Below are positions 37,114 to 46,179 of a stretch of 64,000 bases of DNA, one piece after another. The notes below the pieces were generated by a model that saw nothing but the letters and a program-made list of their open reading frames with translations, made no database searches and was not told the DNA's origin. How positions within the stretch are numbered: position 1 is the first letter of the stretch; the number at the start of each line of letters is the position of its first letter. Origin of the DNA: a phage; sequence record NC_103192.1. One strand, given 5' to 3'. A program made the translations under genes and the position numbers.

Positions 37114-37425
37114 TCAAAAGTCAATCTTTACTTTACCTTTTCCCTTACCTTTCTTTCCACCGCATTTAGCCAACTGGCGTGCTGCAACATCCACCATACG
37201 GTCAGTTGCCTCGTAAGCATCACTACCTTTAGCTTTGGCGATAACTTCTTTTCCAGAAGTGTCAAAAATGAAAGCCATAACTTCCTGGTGATCATTTTCA
37301 ACTTTTACACTCACACGTGCATAGTTGGCAGAGGGGTGCAAACGCTCCAGCTTGGACATTTTGTTGGAAATGAAAGACACCATACCTTCAGTGATCTCTA
37401 CGTTGCCAGTGATTTCAATTTGCAT
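37114..37425 (-). CDS. hpf: ribosome hibernation promoting factor / RaiA (YfiA) family homolog
   Basis: MQIEITGNVEIT...KLERLH...V.V..E......A.I...G.EVIAKAKGSDAYEATDRMVDVAARQLAK + Lys/Gly tail: spacing and residues match HPF/RaiA pattern as I recall it. Confidence 0.7.
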   Translation of the reverse strand: MQIEITGNVEITEGMVSFISNKMSKLERLHPSANYARVSVKVENDHQEVMAFIFDTSGKEVIAKAKGSDAYEATDRMVDVAARQLAKCGGKKGKGKGKVKIDF

Positions 37426-37444
37426 AATGTGTTCCTTTTAAAGA

Positions 37445-37462
37445 AGAGGGACCAACCCCTCT
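37445..37462 (-). promoter_or_regulatory. stem-loop in hpf 5' leader (agagggg-ttggt-ccctct), possible attenuator or upstream-gene terminator
   Basis: Lies between predicted promoter -10 (37472) and hpf RBS; only short U-run follows. Confidence 0.4.
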
Positions 37463-37471
37463 TTGAAAACA

Positions 37472-37500
37472 ATGATACTAAATCTGAAGCGTTGTGTCAA
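37472..37500 (-). promoter_or_regulatory. sigma70-like promoter on minus strand (TTGACA-17-TATCAT) upstream of hpf
   Basis: Read on minus strand: ttgacacaacgcttcagatttagtatcat; second TTGACA 23 bp upstream. Confidence 0.45.
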
Positions 37501-37506
37501 CAGTTT

Positions 37507-37797
37507 TTACAGCTTGTTGTCAATAGTATCTAAAATATCTACAGCAAGATCTGCCATTTTTCGAACATACTCTGCAAACTCAACAGGATCCTTGATCAAA
37601 GAATTCACAGGGTCGTACCCTAGAGCGTTCAAAATGGCTGCAGCATCTACAACCTTCTCATCATTTGCGAAGATCTCTCCGTCAAACTTGTAGGTCCATT
37701 TTGAGTCAACCTTAGCAGAGCAGGGTTTGTCCATGCTTGTTACACCATCATCTTTAAACTCTCTTGAGTTATCAGTATCCAAAACTAAATCCATCAT
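37507..37797 (-). CDS. hypothetical protein
   Basis: 96-aa ORF. Confidence 0.5.
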   Translation of the reverse strand: MMDLVLDTDNSREFKDDGVTSMDKPCSAKVDSKWTYKFDGEIFANDEKVVDAAAILNALGYDPVNSLIKDPVEFAEYVRKMADLAVDILDTIDNKL

Positions 37798-37814
37798 GTA
37801 AGTACCCCACTATT

Positions 37815-38213
37815 TCAGCTTATCTTTTCTTCAACAACCCCATAGCTTGGGGCAGAGTCAAGAGCTTTCTGGTTCAAAAGTGGTGTAGCAGAATCTGCAA
37901 ACGGTGTCCAGGTTTTTGTTCTGGCATTCCAGTAATGCTTCACTCTGGAATCAGGATGCACTATAACAAAAACTTTTTCACTTGTCAACACATTAATTTC
38001 TTCCACACCCTTACTGACAATTTCTCCGTCATAGCCCCCAGTCTGGTATCCTTCGTACCAGGTTCTTGCATAGGCATAGCCAGCCTGCCAGCATGCAGCC
38101 TCCTCCGAGGTGGAGACTACGTAGAAGTCTTTCTCAAATTCTGGGATACGCCCTTGCTTTACGCTCCAAGCTCCGCGAATTTTCATTGTAACTTTGAACA
38201 GTTTATTTTTCAC
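37815..38213 (-). CDS. hypothetical protein (paralog of 35613..36008)
   Basis: Shared VHPDSRVKHYWNARTKTWTP signature. Confidence 0.5.
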   Translation of the reverse strand: MKNKLFKVTMKIRGAWSVKQGRIPEFEKDFYVVSTSEEAACWQAGYAYARTWYEGYQTGGYDGEIVSKGVEEINVLTSEKVFVIVHPDSRVKHYWNARTKTWTPFADSATPLLNQKALDSAPSYGVVEEKIS

Positions 38214-38225
38214 AACGGTTACCCA

Positions 38226-38480
38226 TCACAGCTCTACAATATCTGCATCTGACCCTACCCCAAAGGCATAATAGGACTCTTCCCCGAAATAATATTCAGG
38301 TGCACCAGCGGTGATCAGGTCTGATCCTAAAATAAACACCACGTTGTGGCCTACATAACTGTGATGTTGCCGCACAGGATCATCCCACGGCAACCCTTCA
38401 AAGTATACCGCAGGGACGACCTTTCCTTTCAGGAAGGATTGCCCCAAGTAGACGTTAGAATCAAGAATTTTAACCTTCAT
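38226..38480 (-). CDS. small acidic protein (MKVK...DL.AAGA paralog family)
   Basis: MKVKILDSN...DLITAGA...SDADIVEL; RBS GGAGGA. Confidence 0.55.
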   Translation of the reverse strand: MKVKILDSNVYLGQSFLKGKVVPAVYFEGLPWDDPVRQHHSYVGHNVVFILGSDLITAGAPEYYFGEESYYAFGVGSDADIVEL

Positions 38481-38694
38481 GATCGTCCTCCACTATCTCT
38501 ACATCCTCACCTAGGGCAAAGTTGTAGTCCCACTGGCTGTCAAAGCAGTCCTGAGATGCACCAGCGGCAATAAGATCTGCCCCTTTTATTTTTAAAAGGT
38601 CAGGGTAATCTTCGTTAGGGACAGCAGTAAACACTTTTCCTACTAAAGGCTCCTGACCAATATAGAAGCTTGAATCTAAAACTTTAACTTTCAT
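38470..38694 (-). CDS. small acidic protein (MKVK...DL.AAGA paralog family)
   Basis: MKVKVLDSS...DLIAAGA...EDVEIVEDD; RBS GGAGA. Confidence 0.55.
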   Translation of the reverse strand: MKVKVLDSSFYIGQEPLVGKVFTAVPNEDYPDLLKIKGADLIAAGASQDCFDSQWDYNFALGEDVEIVEDDHEG

Positions 38695-38975
38695 CAACGG
38701 TCTCCATCAGGTGGTTGTGGGACGTAAACACTGTTACGAATATCGTCAGCAGTGTAGTAATAAGTGGTTCCAACCCTGTCTCGGGCTGCAATGTACTCTG
38801 CTATACCAATAAGTGCCATTGATTTGGTGGCATATCTTCCCAACTCGTTAGCTCCCCAGTAGAATTTAGACCAATATGGGATAAGTCCAAACAAATATAC
38901 CTTTTGTCTCACTTCCCAATAGGTCTCCTTACTACACACCTTGAACTCCACATCTGTATCGCAAATCTTTTTCAT
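38694..38975 (-). CDS. hypothetical protein
   Basis: Internal ATG after GAAGAGGA. Confidence 0.45.
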   Translation of the reverse strand: MKKICDTDVEFKVCSKETYWEVRQKVYLFGLIPYWSKFYWGANELGRYATKSMALIGIAEYIAARDRVGTTYYYTADDIRNSVYVPQPPDGDR

Positions 38976-38977
38976 TA

Positions 38978-39271
38978 CTAGTCCTCTTCTGTGGTTGGAT
39001 TGGTAGTAAGATATTGTGCATTGGCCGGAGGTACACCAGACATCTTCCACACAATCATACATTTATACCCAGGAATTCTCCTAAAAGATGCTCCTGAGGT
39101 ATCCGTGCAGGAATATTTCCGTTTACCGAACCCGTTCTCAAGCATGATCCAGTATCCCGTGTCTTTATCACCTGGAATTGGTGATCCATCATCGTCCACC
39201 CACTGAATGGACCACGGCACGATGGCTACAGCTTTATATTTAAACTTTTTAAACCACTCAAAAAGTTTCAT
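38978..39271 (-). CDS. hypothetical protein
   Basis: 97-aa ORF. Confidence 0.5.
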   Translation of the reverse strand: MKLFEWFKKFKYKAVAIVPWSIQWVDDDGSPIPGDKDTGYWIMLENGFGKRKYSCTDTSGASFRRIPGYKCMIVWKMSGVPPANAQYLTTNPTTEED

Positions 39272-39456
39272 AATTCAGCCTCGCTTGGCAACTCTTCTAC
39301 CTTAACATGCCGAAAAGTGTTACCGTAATGGTTGATCCATGACATCAGCTCGCTTTCTTGCTCTTCCTCTGGGATGAACTCTCGAATGCTGACAAGTTTT
39401 AAGAAAACCCAATCACAATCTGCACCCATTCTACCAGACAGACAATAGTGCTTCAT
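39268..39456 (-). CDS. hypothetical protein
   Basis: RBS GGGAGGG. Confidence 0.45.
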   Translation of the reverse strand: MKHYCLSGRMGADCDWVFLKLVSIREFIPEEEQESELMSWINHYGNTFRHVKVEELPSEAEL

Positions 39457-39474
39457 AAAACCCTCCCGCCTGGT

Positions 39475-39669
39475 TTAGAATATTGCTTCTTCCATTGCAC
39501 CTGAGAGCAACAAAGAGGTAATCTGGCTAACATTCATCTCAGACTCCACTTCCTCTCCTTTGAAAGGTTCGCGGCAGAATAGGACTGTTTCAGGACTTTT
39601 ACTTCGAACAATATAATACAAATCATTCAATGTGTTGTAGTAATAAGTGTTAAAACGTAAGTTTTTCAT
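39475..39669 (-). CDS. hypothetical protein
   Basis: RBS GAAGAGGA. Confidence 0.5.
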   Translation of the reverse strand: MKNLRFNTYYYNTLNDLYYIVRSKSPETVLFCREPFKGEEVESEMNVSQITSLLLSGAMEEAIF

Positions 39670-39953
39670 TTTCTAGTCCTCTTCTTAGATTTTTGGGGAG
39701 AAACGCTTTCTGCAATACGAGACAGACGTTCTTCTGAAGCCTTACCTACTCCAGGTTTTTTGAGTGGATTATCTTTATGACCACAATCCAACTGGATATT
39801 GGATACCTCTCCAACTTTGTAAGTCAATTCTAGCAAAAGGTTGTCGTCCTTGTCAAATGTTTTTACGATAAATTTTTTATCGTTCTCCTGAACTTCATAT
39901 CTGGTACCTGCAGTATACAGCATGGTGCCATCAGCATAGGATATCCAGATCAT
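39666..39953 (-). CDS. hypothetical protein
   Basis: RBS AAAGGAGG. Confidence 0.55.
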   Translation of the reverse strand: MIWISYADGTMLYTAGTRYEVQENDKKFIVKTFDKDDNLLLELTYKVGEVSNIQLDCGHKDNPLKKPGVGKASEERLSRIAESVSPQKSKKRTRK

Positions 39954-40297
39954 TGAGCCTCCTTTTGCTGCAACAGCATTAACTCTTTGTTAGAGATCTT
40001 TACTGCTGTTTTTATTGTTCCATCTTCACGAAACCACGACCAGAACTCTACAGTGTCACCACTATCAAGTAAAGCATGCCCATGGTAAAAATCTTTGTCC
40101 TTAGACAGTTTCTCATCTATATCTGCATCAACACATTCGTGATCCATAGCATTTTGCCTGAACGCATCGGTTATGCCAATGCACGCCTTGCTCTCAAGAC
40201 TGGTATATCCGATATCTTTTAATTCAGTTTCCCAAGTCCAGTACCCTATAAAAGCTAAAACAGCTACCCACAGTAATAACGTTTTAATCTTTGGCAT
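39950..40297 (-). CDS. hypothetical exported protein (signal-peptide-like N-terminus)
   Basis: MPKIKTLLLWVAVLAFIGYW hydrophobic leader; RBS AAGAGGTA. Confidence 0.55.
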   Translation of the reverse strand: MPKIKTLLLWVAVLAFIGYWTWETELKDIGYTSLESKACIGITDAFRQNAMDHECVDADIDEKLSKDKDFYHGHALLDSGDTVEFWSWFREDGTIKTAVKISNKELMLLQQKEAQ

Positions 40298-40359
40298 TCT
40301 CTCTACCTCTTTCTTAGTTTATTTCACTATGGCACATCCTTTGTGCCATATCTCAACTA

Positions 40360-40830
40360 CTACTTAAATAGTAGTTCAAAATAGTGCAAAATTAACAGAA
40401 GTTGAACTACACCTAGTGCAACGGCGAGTATGTTAATCTTAGAATCGAAAAACTTCTTAACTTTTACTCTAAAAGGTTCCTTAATGTCCTTTACGATCCT
40501 ATCTATAGATGACCTCATATCTCTGATTACCATCCTGAACATTAAAGACGGATGCTCCCCCATCTCTGTAACGGAATCGAAAACATACTCTCTTCGGTCA
40601 TAAGGGCCGCCAGCTCTGCGTATTAACCTCTCCACAGAGACCTCGAACGTCACACCTGTAACGTAATCATCTATAACAAGTCGTGACGGGTCTTTACCTT
40701 TACTATCAAGAGGTATCAAAGTTATCTTTCCAGATTTTGTTAAAATTTCCCCTTTTTCAAGCAAGGTGTACCAATGCTCTCTGCCAAGACTGTTGAGGCA
40801 CGTTTTTACATATTTAACAAACATCGTCAC
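40360..40830 (-). CDS. hypothetical protein with C-terminal hydrophobic segment
   Basis: RBS GAGGGG. Confidence 0.55.
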   Translation of the reverse strand: MTMFVKYVKTCLNSLGREHWYTLLEKGEILTKSGKITLIPLDSKGKDPSRLVIDDYVTGVTFEVSVERLIRRAGGPYDRREYVFDSVTEMGEHPSLMFRMVIRDMRSSIDRIVKDIKEPFRVKVKKFFDSKINILAVALGVVQLLLILHYFELLFK

Positions 40831-41012
40831 CCCTCATCGCACGTCTGATATAACCACTCTATAAAATCTTGATACCATTCGCCCTCTGAGCGCTCCGTAG
40901 GCCAATAATCTTCACCCTCTCGTGCATTAAAATCTGAGTATTCAACTTTCCACTCCTTTACCAGCTCGTGGAGAAGGTTTTCAGCCTGCTCTAAAGATTT
41001 ATTTTTTACCAT
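40827..41012 (-). CDS. hypothetical protein
   Basis: ATG after AAAAAGGAGA. Confidence 0.5.
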   Translation of the reverse strand: MVKNKSLEQAENLLHELVKEWKVEYSDFNAREGEDYWPTERSEGEWYQDFIEWLYQTCDEG

Positions 41013-41095
41013 TGCTGTCTCCTTTTTCAAGATAGTTATACATCAGAACTGCACCACCTAAGATGGCTACCAGTAACAATATCCCAGATAGCATC

Positions 41096-41248
41096 TCAAT
41101 AAACATGGCTTGAAACACTGGAAGGTCTCCCTAAATTAACGCACCATTTTAAATACATGCTCTTTTCCCATAAAGGTGCCTGGCTAAGATCTGCGTAGAA
41201 CGCAATCTCTTTAAGAACAGTATAGATAGTTTTAGGTGCGGTCTCCAT
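41096..41248 (-). CDS. hypothetical small protein
   Basis: Internal ATG after GGAAGGAGAG. Confidence 0.4.
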   Translation of the reverse strand: METAPKTIYTVLKEIAFYADLSQAPLWEKSMYLKWCVNLGRPSSVSSHVY

Positions 41249-41459
41249 CCCTACTCTCCTTCCTGATATTCTTGTAGTAATCAACTAGGCACATTATTAC
41301 GATGAAGATAACAACAGGCCAAAAAGGTGCAGCAGTGATGATGGTGATAAAATCATCAAACTTCACCCTTCGTCTGGACACGATGCATACACCTGTCAAG
41401 AATACCGCTGTTATAACGGACATTACCAGGTAACCTATTAGCACAACATTTATACTCAT
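41232..41459 (-). CDS. hypothetical membrane protein
   Basis: Two hydrophobic segments; RBS AGGGAGGA. Confidence 0.55.
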   Translation of the reverse strand: MSINVVLIGYLVMSVITAVFLTGVCIVSRRRVKFDDFITIITAAPFWPVVIFIVIMCLVDYYKNIRKESRDGDRT

Positions 41460-41489
41460 TGGTCCTCCCTTTGTAGGTTAAATTGTATA

Positions 41490-42023
41490 CTACAAATGGT
41501 CGCTGAGGGTGTCAAGAAAATTATCCCGTTCTTTCTCAGAGTTTTCATGTGTGTAGCTGAAAAACATATCGAGAATAACCTTATTGATATATTCCAGCTC
41601 CTCTGTGTTCAGATGCTTAGCAGGATCTACAATGACATCCCAAATATCATACAGACCACACTCATGATACCCATAACGCCACTCAATTGTCAAGCTGAGC
41701 GGCAAATCTTTACCTTCACAAACAACCTTCCATCTACATATGTTGGTATCTGGTCGTACCTGTGCACGGTACACCTGCACAAAATCCAATTTGAATTTGA
41801 GGTACTCGTCATACAATTTAAGCACAAAGCTCTCGATTTGTGGAGACACTTTTGCAGCAAACTGTGCGTATTTGTACTTGCACTGGATGATCTTTCTGCG
41901 TTTTGCAGTTAAATTTTTTGCCGCCAGTTGTTCTTCAGTGTATCTCCACCTACGATCAACAAACGCAACAGGGTCTTTGTCCCCATAGAGGTCTTCCCAG
42001 TTAATCAGAAGCATACCTGTCAC
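41490..42023 (-). CDS. hypothetical protein
   Basis: RBS GGAGGAG. Confidence 0.6.
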   Translation of the reverse strand: MTGMLLINWEDLYGDKDPVAFVDRRWRYTEEQLAAKNLTAKRRKIIQCKYKYAQFAAKVSPQIESFVLKLYDEYLKFKLDFVQVYRAQVRPDTNICRWKVVCEGKDLPLSLTIEWRYGYHECGLYDIWDVIVDPAKHLNTEELEYINKVILDMFFSYTHENSEKERDNFLDTLSDHL

Positions 42024-42253
42024 TCCTCCACAACTTCAAGGCCTTTACCGCCTCGCTCTGGCAGATTACTTAAAGATAGGTAATACATATAATCAGGAGA
42101 GATCCTGCCAGACTCTGCACCTGCAGCTAGTAAATCCTTCCCTTTAACCAGGACAACATTCTCGTTTGCAGATAGCCGTTTTGCTTCCACAATTTTACCA
42201 ACACAGTCAACCAAGGAAGGGTACCCTAAATCTGTAAGAAATTTAACTTTCAT
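42020..42253 (-). CDS. small acidic protein (MKVK...DL.AAGA paralog family)
   Basis: MKVKFLTDL...DLLAAGA...GLEVVEE; RBS AGGAGG. Confidence 0.55.
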   Translation of the reverse strand: MKVKFLTDLGYPSLVDCVGKIVEAKRLSANENVVLVKGKDLLAAGAESGRISPDYMYYLSLSNLPERGGKGLEVVEE

Positions 42254-42290
42254 GCTACCTCCTACCTACCGTCCCTGGTAAGATAAATTA

Positions 42291-42689
42291 TTACTGAACA
42301 GAGCGCGGTGCTGGGAAGGATAACTCTTCTAAAGAGAAGATTTCATTTCCTACCACCCAAGTTGCTGGGTCATCTGGATCAACAGGTTGGACAATCATTA
42401 CCTCATCCGCCTCGCACACACGTTTCCCACCCATAGTAGCGTCAGCCACTAACATACGCGGCTCTTCAGAAATGCACAGGTAGCCACCTCGGCCCACTGT
42501 TCCTTCCACGGGATCCTGCCCTTTGACCACAATGAATACCTTCTCTCCTGTGGAGATATTACTTTTCACACTAACAGTTTGACCAACTTTAGATGTACCG
42601 ATCTTGGTGGCTTCAAACATTAAATCCCGAATTACTGTTGCATAGTTGCCGGACACTTTCTTACCTTCTTTAGTAATCTCAATCTTCAT
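42291..42689 (-). CDS. hypothetical protein
   Basis: RBS AAGGAG. Confidence 0.6.
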   Translation of the reverse strand: MKIEITKEGKKVSGNYATVIRDLMFEATKIGTSKVGQTVSVKSNISTGEKVFIVVKGQDPVEGTVGRGGYLCISEEPRMLVADATMGGKRVCEADEVMIVQPVDPDDPATWVVGNEIFSLEELSFPAPRSVQ

Positions 42690-42925
42690 AATCTAGGCTC
42701 CTTAAATGAATCTATGTAATCAATTAAATCCCAAGCATCGCGATGGGCTGTCAGAGGGTATACTTCTCCGAGAGGGATCATAGCAATAAGTCTATCAAAA
42801 ACCCAGTCTGGACGCAACATTTTATGGTGATATTCCCACTCACCTTCTACAGATTTTTTCTGAGTGATCAGGATCTCTGTGTAGTGTTTCGCCTGTCTTG
42901 AGTAGATTGAAAATGACTTGTACAT
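42686..42925 (-). CDS. hypothetical protein
   Basis: ATG after AGAGGGGG. Confidence 0.5.
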   Translation of the reverse strand: MYKSFSIYSRQAKHYTEILITQKKSVEGEWEYHHKMLRPDWVFDRLIAMIPLGEVYPLTAHRDAWDLIDYIDSFKEPRL

Positions 42926-42961
42926 AAATGACCCCCTCTTGTTGAAAACAACAATACACAA

Positions 42962-43246
42962 CTACCAGGTTACTGTCAAGTAGGCAACCGTATTATTTTT
43001 CTCTGGGGAGATGCCAACAACATCTACCTGCAGACCTCCTGCCCTTAAATCTCCAACAATGTGCGGGAAGTAATCTGAGAAATGCGAGGGTAGATTTATC
43101 GAAAATCCGCACCCCAGAAAGCCTGCTAACGCTTTATTTTGTATCTCCCCTACAATCGCATCATAAATGGAGTTAAGCTCGTCAGGGAGCGTTACAGGGC
43201 GTTTTAGCGCCAGCTGGTGTAATTTGTCCTTAGCACTCATTTTCAT
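42962..43246 (-). CDS. hypothetical protein
   Basis: Start adjusted to ATG past upstream stop. Confidence 0.5.
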   Translation of the reverse strand: MKMSAKDKLHQLALKRPVTLPDELNSIYDAIVGEIQNKALAGFLGCGFSINLPSHFSDYFPHIVGDLRAGGLQVDVVGISPEKNNTVAYLTVTW

Positions 43247-43776
43247 TTCAGGTCTACCTCTGGGGGTGCCAACCACATAAACGGCGGCAAGTCTAAACGG
43301 TTTTTCTTATCCCACACAAAATATGCATATGCTTGCCCGTCAGTTCTGCCGTTTGATTGAAATGATGGACGCTTAGATATTGTGATCACAGTAGTAGGTG
43401 CATTATCAAGCCACCATTCAAATCTGGCTTTGCTTTCCAGAAAATTAAGACGTAAAAGCATAATAACTACGTCAGCATCTTTCAACGCCTTGTCTACAAA
43501 CTCACGAGCCAGGCTGTATGGTGGGTTGGTGATAATACAGTCAACATGGTTGTATTCTGTATTCAGATAGTCAACACCTTCTTGTATTTCTCCCCATGCA
43601 GATCCTAACGGCATACGGGAGTAGAACACACCTGAGGCACTATTCCTGCAAGGCTCTAAGTAGGTCCAGTCTTCTGGGAACGGAATAAGGTCATACAGCC
43701 CTTCTGCACACCACTCCGGTGTCACATACTCATCGTAGGCGTTACGTTGTTCATCAGGTTTTCTAGCACAAGTCAT
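43243..43776 (-). CDS. small DNA N6-adenine methyltransferase (phage Dam-like)
   Basis: Motif IV IITNPPY; about 177 aa, as in short phage Dam-type MTases. Confidence 0.7.
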   Translation of the reverse strand: MTCARKPDEQRNAYDEYVTPEWCAEGLYDLIPFPEDWTYLEPCRNSASGVFYSRMPLGSAWGEIQEGVDYLNTEYNHVDCIITNPPYSLAREFVDKALKDADVVIMLLRLNFLESKARFEWWLDNAPTTVITISKRPSFQSNGRTDGQAYAYFVWDKKNRLDLPPFMWLAPPEVDLK

Positions 43777-43788
43777 GCAAATCTCCAG

Positions 43789-43816
43789 ATCGTAAAAGCC
43801 CTCCGAAGAGGGCTTT
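43789..43816 (-). terminator. terminator-like hairpin (agccctc-ttcg-gagggct)
   Basis: 7-bp stem, U4 tail on minus strand; downstream of ClpP-like gene. Confidence 0.5.
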
Positions 43817-43827
43817 AGAATTAATGT

Positions 43828-44877
43828 TTAAGCTTCTTCGACAATTCCTGCACCCAGGATTTTTTCATTGAGCTCTTTTGCTGTTTTAATAATATTGTCC
43901 ACCAGACGCTTGCGCGTCTTATCTTTCACCTTAACCTCTTCACCGCCGTTCAGAGTAGTCTTCAATTGAGACAGAATATCCTGAAGTTCAACGACAGAGA
44001 ATCTCTGCAGATCTTCTGAAGTAATCTCACCCAGGGCAATTCTGACGGTCTCGCCACTCTCCATCTGCAGATTCAGGAACACAGTGTGAACATCACCTTT
44101 CGAACCACCCGCTTTTGCAGATTCAACAGCATGAACTAACTCATCTAAAGATGTGCACTGGTGAATCTCCGGAAGACCTGCTTCACCTAACACGCCTTCT
44201 TCATCACCTTTTGCCAGAAGCTTTTTCGGTTTTTGTCCGTTCTGGATGCGTTGTATGTTGCCTTCATCCAGAATAATAGCTCCAGTGCGTGCTGCCAGCT
44301 CTTCTCCGTCCAACCACACTTCGCCACCAGCTGTGATGGATGCGATCTCATCTTCTGTTAGCACCCCACCGTAGTATTTTTCGATCAGGCGTTCAAAACG
44401 TTTTTTCCAGTAGCTGACCTGAGTATTCATGTTCACACCGTTACCATAAGTGCCACCTTGATAGTAGTGGAACATAAACTCTGTGTCCGGAGCCACAGTA
44501 CGTTCTTTACAACCAAGCCATAAGATTGTTCCAGCAGAGCAGCACATCCCTTCAGCATGTGCAACAACGCTTGCCTGAGACTCGCGGAATGCCTGCAGAT
44601 AGGCCATTGCAATGTGCACGCAACCCCCAGGGCTATTGATGATCACCCGAATGCTTTCTTCCGGCTGAGCCATACGGATCGTCTGCAGACGAGACATATG
44701 ATCTTGTAAGTCTTCCAAATCGTCGATATAAAGAACGTGGTCAACAACAGGTGTTGGGTAGCTGTATGTTTCCATAATACCACCCGGCATACCAAACATT
44801 TTATTACTCATAGGTTCGAAACCGTTCTGTTTTTCTTTCATGCCGTGTACCATGGTGCTGCGAGGTGTTAAATTCAT
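43828..44877 (-). CDS. ClpP-like serine protease (peptidase S14 family)
   Basis: INSPGG motif, Ser-containing GMCCSAG, His in FMFHYYQGG; C-terminal extension. Confidence 0.65.
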   Translation of the reverse strand: MNLTPRSTMVHGMKEKQNGFEPMSNKMFGMPGGIMETYSYPTPVVDHVLYIDDLEDLQDHMSRLQTIRMAQPEESIRVIINSPGGCVHIAMAYLQAFRESQASVVAHAEGMCCSAGTILWLGCKERTVAPDTEFMFHYYQGGTYGNGVNMNTQVSYWKKRFERLIEKYYGGVLTEDEIASITAGGEVWLDGEELAARTGAIILDEGNIQRIQNGQKPKKLLAKGDEEGVLGEAGLPEIHQCTSLDELVHAVESAKAGGSKGDVHTVFLNLQMESGETVRIALGEITSEDLQRFSVVELQDILSQLKTTLNGGEEVKVKDKTRKRLVDNIIKTAKELNEKILGAGIVEEA

Positions 44878-44937
44878 GAGAAATCCTTAATATTGGAAGT
44901 TGAAAGCTATTTATTTAAACCTGATTCACATTTACCT

Positions 44938-45249
44938 TTATTTAGCAATCACTAGGGAGTACTTACGATTGTCAGAAGCATCACAGCTCAATGATTGCCA
45001 GTCTACCACATACCAAGTATCATTGTCAACAATTACTTTATCGCCTGTTCTGTAGCAGGTGCTGCTTTCAATAATCCGAGACTCGATAAAGAATCTGTGT
45101 CGGCGCTCACGTAGCAACGCTAAGTTGATTATATTACCACCACTGTCCTTGATCCACACATTCTTGGATCCTTTATTTGCCAAAATTGTCTCGCCGTTAT
45201 AGACAAACAGGCAGTATATTTTATTCAGTCTCTCTTGTATTGTAGCCAT
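44938..45249 (-). CDS. hypothetical protein
   Basis: RBS AGGAGAAGGAG. Confidence 0.55.
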   Translation of the reverse strand: MATIQERLNKIYCLFVYNGETILANKGSKNVWIKDSGGNIINLALLRERRHRFFIESRIIESSTCYRTGDKVIVDNDTWYVVDWQSLSCDASDNRKYSLVIAK

Positions 45250-45279
45250 ACTATCTCCTTCTCCTTGTCTTGTCCGGTA

Positions 45280-45308
45280 ATAATATCTAAATCTTACCTG
45301 TTTGTCAA
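45280..45308 (-). promoter_or_regulatory. sigma70-like promoter on minus strand (TTGACA-17-TATTAT)
   Basis: Read on minus strand: ttgacaaacaggtaagatttagatattat. Confidence 0.5.
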
Positions 45309-45352
45309 CAACTGTTTTAGATATCTAAGGGTGGAATAACCACCCTTCTGTA

Positions 45353-46141
45353 TTACTCGGAAACAGGGGTCCAAATATGATTTGCACGATCCTCAATAAG
45401 ATTGAGTGCAATCTGACGACCCAACCCGGAACGAACAACATCGTCTGGACTATCAAAGCTGATCATTCCAACCTCAGGATCTGGATGACGAGTAAAGAAA
45501 TCCGTCACCCATGCAAGGCCAGATTTACCAGGGATGTCACGTTGGCTATTATCGCCCATAATTACAAGGGTGGCCTGATCAGAGATCCTTGTGATAATTG
45601 ACAACATTTCTTCAGGGTTAGTTTGCTGTGCCTCGTCAATCAGGACAAAGCATCGCTCATCGAAACTACGACCACGAATGCTTTCAACCTCACAAATCTC
45701 GATACGGCTGTTCTGACCGTCTCCCAGCATTGCGGCAAAAGCACCTTTGCCAACACGACGACAAATCGTGTCCATCATGCTTCGAAGATAGGGCCACAGT
45801 TTCTGCATTGCATTTCCAGGTTTAAATCCTGAAGTCTTTCCTGTCTGAACGTAAGGACGTGCAACAATGATCTTATCAATCTCGTTCTTACGCAGAAGAT
45901 CACCTGCATATGCAGATGCCATAAACGTCTTACCGGATCCAAACACACCGTTTACAATAATAATCTTACGTGACCCTAGATAATCAAGATACTTTTGCTG
46001 CTTTTTATTCATTGGTCGGAGAGCTGGAGCGGTGTGCTCTCGTTCGTCAGCAAATTTCTCAGCAGCCTTACGCAGGCGATCAGATTTGCGAGCCTCTCTA
46101 GCTTCATCCCGCATGCGTTTTGTTTCTTTAGCTCGACCCAT
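45353..46141 (-). CDS. phoH: PhoH-like ATPase
   Basis: Walker A GVFGSGKT; IMGDNSQ (PhoH-type ILTGDPTQ-like); LIDEAQ Walker B. Confidence 0.8.
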   Translation of the reverse strand: MGRAKETKRMRDEAREARKSDRLRKAAEKFADEREHTAPALRPMNKKQQKYLDYLGSRKIIIVNGVFGSGKTFMASAYAGDLLRKNEIDKIIVARPYVQTGKTSGFKPGNAMQKLWPYLRSMMDTICRRVGKGAFAAMLGDGQNSRIEICEVESIRGRSFDERCFVLIDEAQQTNPEEMLSIITRISDQATLVIMGDNSQRDIPGKSGLAWVTDFFTRHPDPEVGMISFDSPDDVVRSGLGRQIALNLIEDRANHIWTPVSE

Positions 46142-46179
46142 GTTGGGACTCCTTTCAGATTGAGATGTGCCAAGTACTT

